From positions 1-10,161 of the forward strand of contig CAZYCQ010000084.1 of assembly GCA_964645535.1 (NCBI GenBank): 10,161 nucleotides of DNA, given 5' to 3'. The stretch is from an uncultured archaeon (GTDB taxonomy: Archaea > Asgardarchaeota > Heimdallarchaeia > Heimdallarchaeales > Kariarchaeaceae). The position numbers and the translations under genes are program-made. Shown in pieces: positions 6,483-10,161 of the stretch (position 1 is its first letter; every line of letters starts with the position of its first letter). The notes beneath the pieces were generated by a model that was given only the letters and a program-made list of their open reading frames with translations, ran no database searches and had not been told where the DNA came from.

Positions 6483-8867
6483 GTGAAAGACAGTAAATTC
6501 AAAACCATCAATGATTCAGACGAAACCGTCCCCCATATCCGATTGCCTAAAAGCAAGTATGAATCCTACCTGAAAACCCTGTTCGATGATGCTCAAGTTT
6601 CCAACATCCTTGGTGGAACAACGATTCTCAAAATGGAGGATCTTGTCAAGAAGCAGTTCCTTGTCATGTCCTACTCCATCCAGCAGATCGTTGAGTCAAA
6701 GGGAGTCTCTTCTTTGGTCTCGAACAAGAAGATCCAGAAGTTGCTGGGCACTGCCAATCCCGACGTCATCGACAATTTCTATACCGTCATGGTCAAGCCC
6801 ATGGCGGAAGCCATGAATCTGAAGGAAATTGCCTCGTTGGATGACCTGAAGAGGGCAGATATTCCTCAAGCAGATCAAATCCTGGATAATCTTGTAATTG
6901 ATGCCGATATCCTCAGAAGCAACCTCGACAATTATGATTTCATTCAGTCAATGATCGGCTTGGTGATCAACGGAAAGGAGACAGTTATGAGACAGATTGC
7001 TGAAAACGCCAATTTCATGTTCCTACATCGTGACTTTGTCGACGATTTTTCAGAGATCGGCATTCATTCCATTAATACATACTCGCCAACAACCAAAAAG
7101 AAGGTGATGGATCAAATATTTAATGGTGAAGAATTCCCAGATACTCTCATATCTGATCAAGTGATGGATGGGATATTGGAGGCGTATAGAAAGGGATTTA
7201 CGACTGAAGTTCTGGTCAACGCGAAACTTGAAAATACAGGAACAGATGTCATAACGCGAATGGATCTTAGTCCTTCAAAAATAGGCAGTATACTTGATGA
7301 AGTGAAAACTTCCTATCCTGATCTAACACAAGGCGATCTAGAACTTGTAAGAAAGTTCCTTGATAAAGAACCCAATCCAAGAAGAATACAAATCTATGAA
7401 ATGAAGGTTTACCATACCAGTAATAAAAGAACATTGGAGCATGTGTATAAAAAATTCTTTTCGAGGAGAGATAATTATTATTCAATGTTGGATGGAGGAA
7501 AATCCTTTCTAGATCGTACATTTTACGACTATCGATCTATGGTTTCTCAGTTGAATGGCGTTATAGGTTCTAAATATTTTGATTATAAACAGTTTAAACA
7601 GATTATTGATTTTGAAGGGTATTTCAATGCAAAGTCCATAACCTCCATTAATGATAAACGAGATTTTGTCCAGCGATTCTTACAGAATGATATGGGTGAA
7701 AAATTGGATTTAATGTTGGGTGATGGGAAAAATTTAGGACTTGCAGGATCTCAAATGAAAAATCTTCTTGAAAGTTTAATCGATTCTGCGGATCCTAATG
7801 ACATTAATATTTTAAGAGAAATAATCAATAGGTTATCTTCTTTTGTTGACACCCATTTCTATCTTTCAGATGTGGCGACAGTAGAGGAATTCCTGCTTAC
7901 CAATAGAGTCTTTGTCGTTGATTACAGTAAAATACATCAATCTAAAGACATAGCAACTCAAGTTTCTCAAATCACAATTCCTGTGAGATTTTCATCTTCA
8001 GAAATTGAGGTCGGTGAAATCATACTTGAGGCGGGTCAATCACTATTTAGGTCTTCTCCAGTACCTGAAGGAGGAACTGATTTAATTTTCGGATTTGATC
8101 TAACAGATGCAAATGGGAATCTGATTTCCCCTTCGAATAATCCTTTTGCATTTGATTCATTAGAATTGGCAAACATCCTCTCTTCAGAGGAATTTTTAAC
8201 AGAAATGGATAAGGTAGAGGGAATGCTTGGTCAACGGGGAATAACTCGATTCTTTTCTCCCCAGACCGGGATCAGAGAGGAACGAAACAAAATTTTCGAA
8301 TTCACGTGTGAGATCCGTGAAATGGAGACCGCAGAGATACTGAACTCGCTTGATGAAATTGTGCAACATCTTCCCGAAACTGCATTCAATTTTCTAATGC
8401 ACAAACTACAGAACAGGCTCTTTGGTTCTGGAAACGATGGTATCGGCATGATTTCCAGACTTACCGGTGATACCTTTGAGGTAACCAAGGGCATTATTGG
8501 TGCAGGAGATGTTGAATTTGTCAAAGTTCTAGAGCGGATTATGGATTACAAGTATCTCAAATCCTCAACATATAATGATCTTGTCATCTCCTATCGTGAG
8601 CCTAGATCATTCGGTGCATTACCAGTATTGAAAGGAAATGAGGTCTACCATTTTGCTCCACTATTGGATGGAGAAATCAAGGGACAGATTATGTATGACA
8701 ATTTCCTTTTAGGTGTTAGGCGTTCATCCACAGAAAAATCATCATTTGAGTTTGTTTCTTATTTATCTGAAAATGGGAACACTGCAAACCCTAACAAAAT
8801 GAGGAAGTTTTTACAAAAAAGAGATACATTGGATTTCTCGAATATGTGCACAATTTCAAATATGTAA
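6483..8867 (+). CDS. Large hypothetical protein, part 1, with putative PD-(D/E)xK nuclease-like motif(s); probably frameshifted
   Basis: 794-codon ORF with GTG start. It contains TTEV (E242), GTDVI (D255) and IQIYEMK (E306, K308). It overlaps a long -1-frame ORF by 73 nt. Coding status is secure; the function is tentative. Confidence 0.75.
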   Translation: MKDSKFKTINDSDETVPHIRLPKSKYESYLKTLFDDAQVSNILGGTTILKMEDLVKKQFLVMSYSIQQIVESKGVSSLVSNKKIQKLLGTANPDVIDNFYTVMVKPMAEAMNLKEIASLDDLKRADIPQADQILDNLVIDADILRSNLDNYDFIQSMIGLVINGKETVMRQIAENANFMFLHRDFVDDFSEIGIHSINTYSPTTKKKVMDQIFNGEEFPDTLISDQVMDGILEAYRKGFTTEVLVNAKLENTGTDVITRMDLSPSKIGSILDEVKTSYPDLTQGDLELVRKFLDKEPNPRRIQIYEMKVYHTSNKRTLEHVYKKFFSRRDNYYSMLDGGKSFLDRTFYDYRSMVSQLNGVIGSKYFDYKQFKQIIDFEGYFNAKSITSINDKRDFVQRFLQNDMGEKLDLMLGDGKNLGLAGSQMKNLLESLIDSADPNDINILREIINRLSSFVDTHFYLSDVATVEEFLLTNRVFVVDYSKIHQSKDIATQVSQITIPVRFSSSEIEVGEIILEAGQSLFRSSPVPEGGTDLIFGFDLTDANGNLISPSNNPFAFDSLELANILSSEEFLTEMDKVEGMLGQRGITRFFSPQTGIREERNKIFEFTCEIREMETAEILNSLDEIVQHLPETAFNFLMHKLQNRLFGSGNDGIGMISRLTGDTFEVTKGIIGAGDVEFVKVLERIMDYKYLKSSTYNDLVISYREPRSFGALPVLKGNEVYHFAPLLDGEIKGQIMYDNFLLGVRRSSTEKSSFEFVSYLSENGNTANPNKMRKFLQKRDTLDFSNMCTISNM

Positions 8868-10161
8868 TCACAGATGGGGTTGCCTATAAATTTTCAAATC
8901 CTTCAGGAATGAAGGAATTTCCAATTCAAAACCTCAAAATCCAAAGAGGATCAAATGAAGAAAGAGTCTACGGCATCTTTCTTGATATTGAACGTCCATA
9001 TTCCTCGAAAAACGTTTACAAAACAGATTTGTTTGATTTGGCATCACTATGGACATCAAACGCAATGGGAAATACTAATGGTGCCACCAAATGGTTGAAA
9101 TCTATTGAAAATTTAGAAGAAGTTTTTGAAGGCGATCCGAAGGGATTAATCAAAATCTATAATGAGATGGTTTACTTTTCAGACAGCAAAACGAAGATTG
9201 GTGCATTTATCAGGCCTCTGTGGGATATGATGAATGAGGTTTCAAAAATCGAAGTAATGAGAATCGCAAAAAAGCATGCAACAGATATTGCTGAACGACT
9301 GAAAAATGGGTATTTACCAAAAACCGACAGTTGGCCATGCGATGTCGCGTTCACTGGTTCTCATACCGAATTAGAGAAATGGAACAAGAAAATCAAATCC
9401 GGACAAGAACTTCCAACTGATTTCAATTTTCAGGTCAATGAACAAAATGTAATGCTATGGTATCTTGATTATATCATGCGTAATCCGAATAAGCAAATCG
9501 ATTTGACGATAATTGATGATCCAAATATCCACGAAATGATTAAGATATTAACTTTGAACCGAAATAGGGATGTTACCTTTAAACTCAGTGAAATAATTGT
9601 TTATCATAGACAGGACAAATATACCAAAGAAATCAAACATCTGCTGTTTGAAAACCAAGAAGGCATTGTAAGATATTTTGGGATGCTAGAGAGGAAAGCA
9701 AGGACTGTAACAGCCGATACAGGTGAAATTTTTGAGACCGCTATTAAAAATCTTAAAAACAAAAGTGGTAGTTCATATACTCCTTTTGACGATGAATCCG
9801 GTTTGTTACCTCGATATTTGGCTAGCCAAGTAATTCCACCAAATGTTGTGAAAACTCCCTCTGAAAAGTATGTCTATTTCCTAGGAAAGAATGAACGGAA
9901 CTCTCCATTCCTTCCATTCATTGCAAATGTAGAGGAATATCAGAAAATAATTTCGGAACTTGATATTCCTGAAACCTCAATGGAATTATTTTTTGAATTG
10001 AACGATCGCTTAACGAAACAAGTTAACGATATTGACAACCTTGCAACAAAAGTTACAGATTTTACCCGTAGAAATTTTATTGACAATATTGGAGATCATG
10101 TTGAAGAATTTATTAAAAGCATAAACAATGTGAAAGGAAGTTTCAATAAGGTATTAGATAA
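8795..10161 (+). CDS. Large hypothetical protein, part 2 (3'-truncated by the window; absent from the ORF track)
   Basis: Hand translation shows the frame opening after TAA 8792-8794 and running 455 codons without a stop: QNEEVFTKKRYIGFLEYVHNFKYVITDGVAYKFSNPSGMKEFPIQNLK...NNVKGSFNKVLD. First GTG is at 8846 and first ATG at 8909. Confidence 0.85.

Noticed and set aside
1-10161. CRISPR arrays, tRNA/rRNA genes, transposases, integrases, terminal inverted repeats
   Set aside because: None were seen by eye. The intergenic gaps are short and show no periodic repeats.

Overview
Archaeal DNA that is most likely from an Asgard archaeon (Heimdallarchaeia-like). This is inferred from a Rab-like GTPase fused to a folliculin/SMCR8-type uDENN domain and from BRE/TATA elements 21-25 nt upstream of most start codons. 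Gene order: Rab-like GTPase-uDENN/longin fusion (229-1305 +), membrane metal-dependent hydrolase (1376-1849 -), LysE translocator (about 1988-2653 +), ~7-TM membrane protein (2728-3558 +), epoxide-hydrolase-type alpha/beta hydrolase (3582-4427 +), stand-alone Mre11/SbcD-like metallophosphoesterase (4482-5429 +), small 4-TM protein (5571-5981 -). The rest of the window is a very large unknown gene. It has a probably decayed 5' part (about 6125-6482) and a 794-aa ORF with PD-(D/E)xK-like motifs (6483-8867). It continues in the -1 frame for 455 codons (8795 to the window end), which the ORF track missed. Highlights: (1) the GTPase's fused longin domain appears to keep the FLCN R164/SMCR8 R147 arginine-finger motif, suggesting a one-polypeptide GTPase-GAP switch; (2) a frameshift-split, GC-mosaic gene of more than 1,200 aa resembling a nuclease or polymorphic toxin. 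All assignments come from reading motifs by eye; no searches were run.
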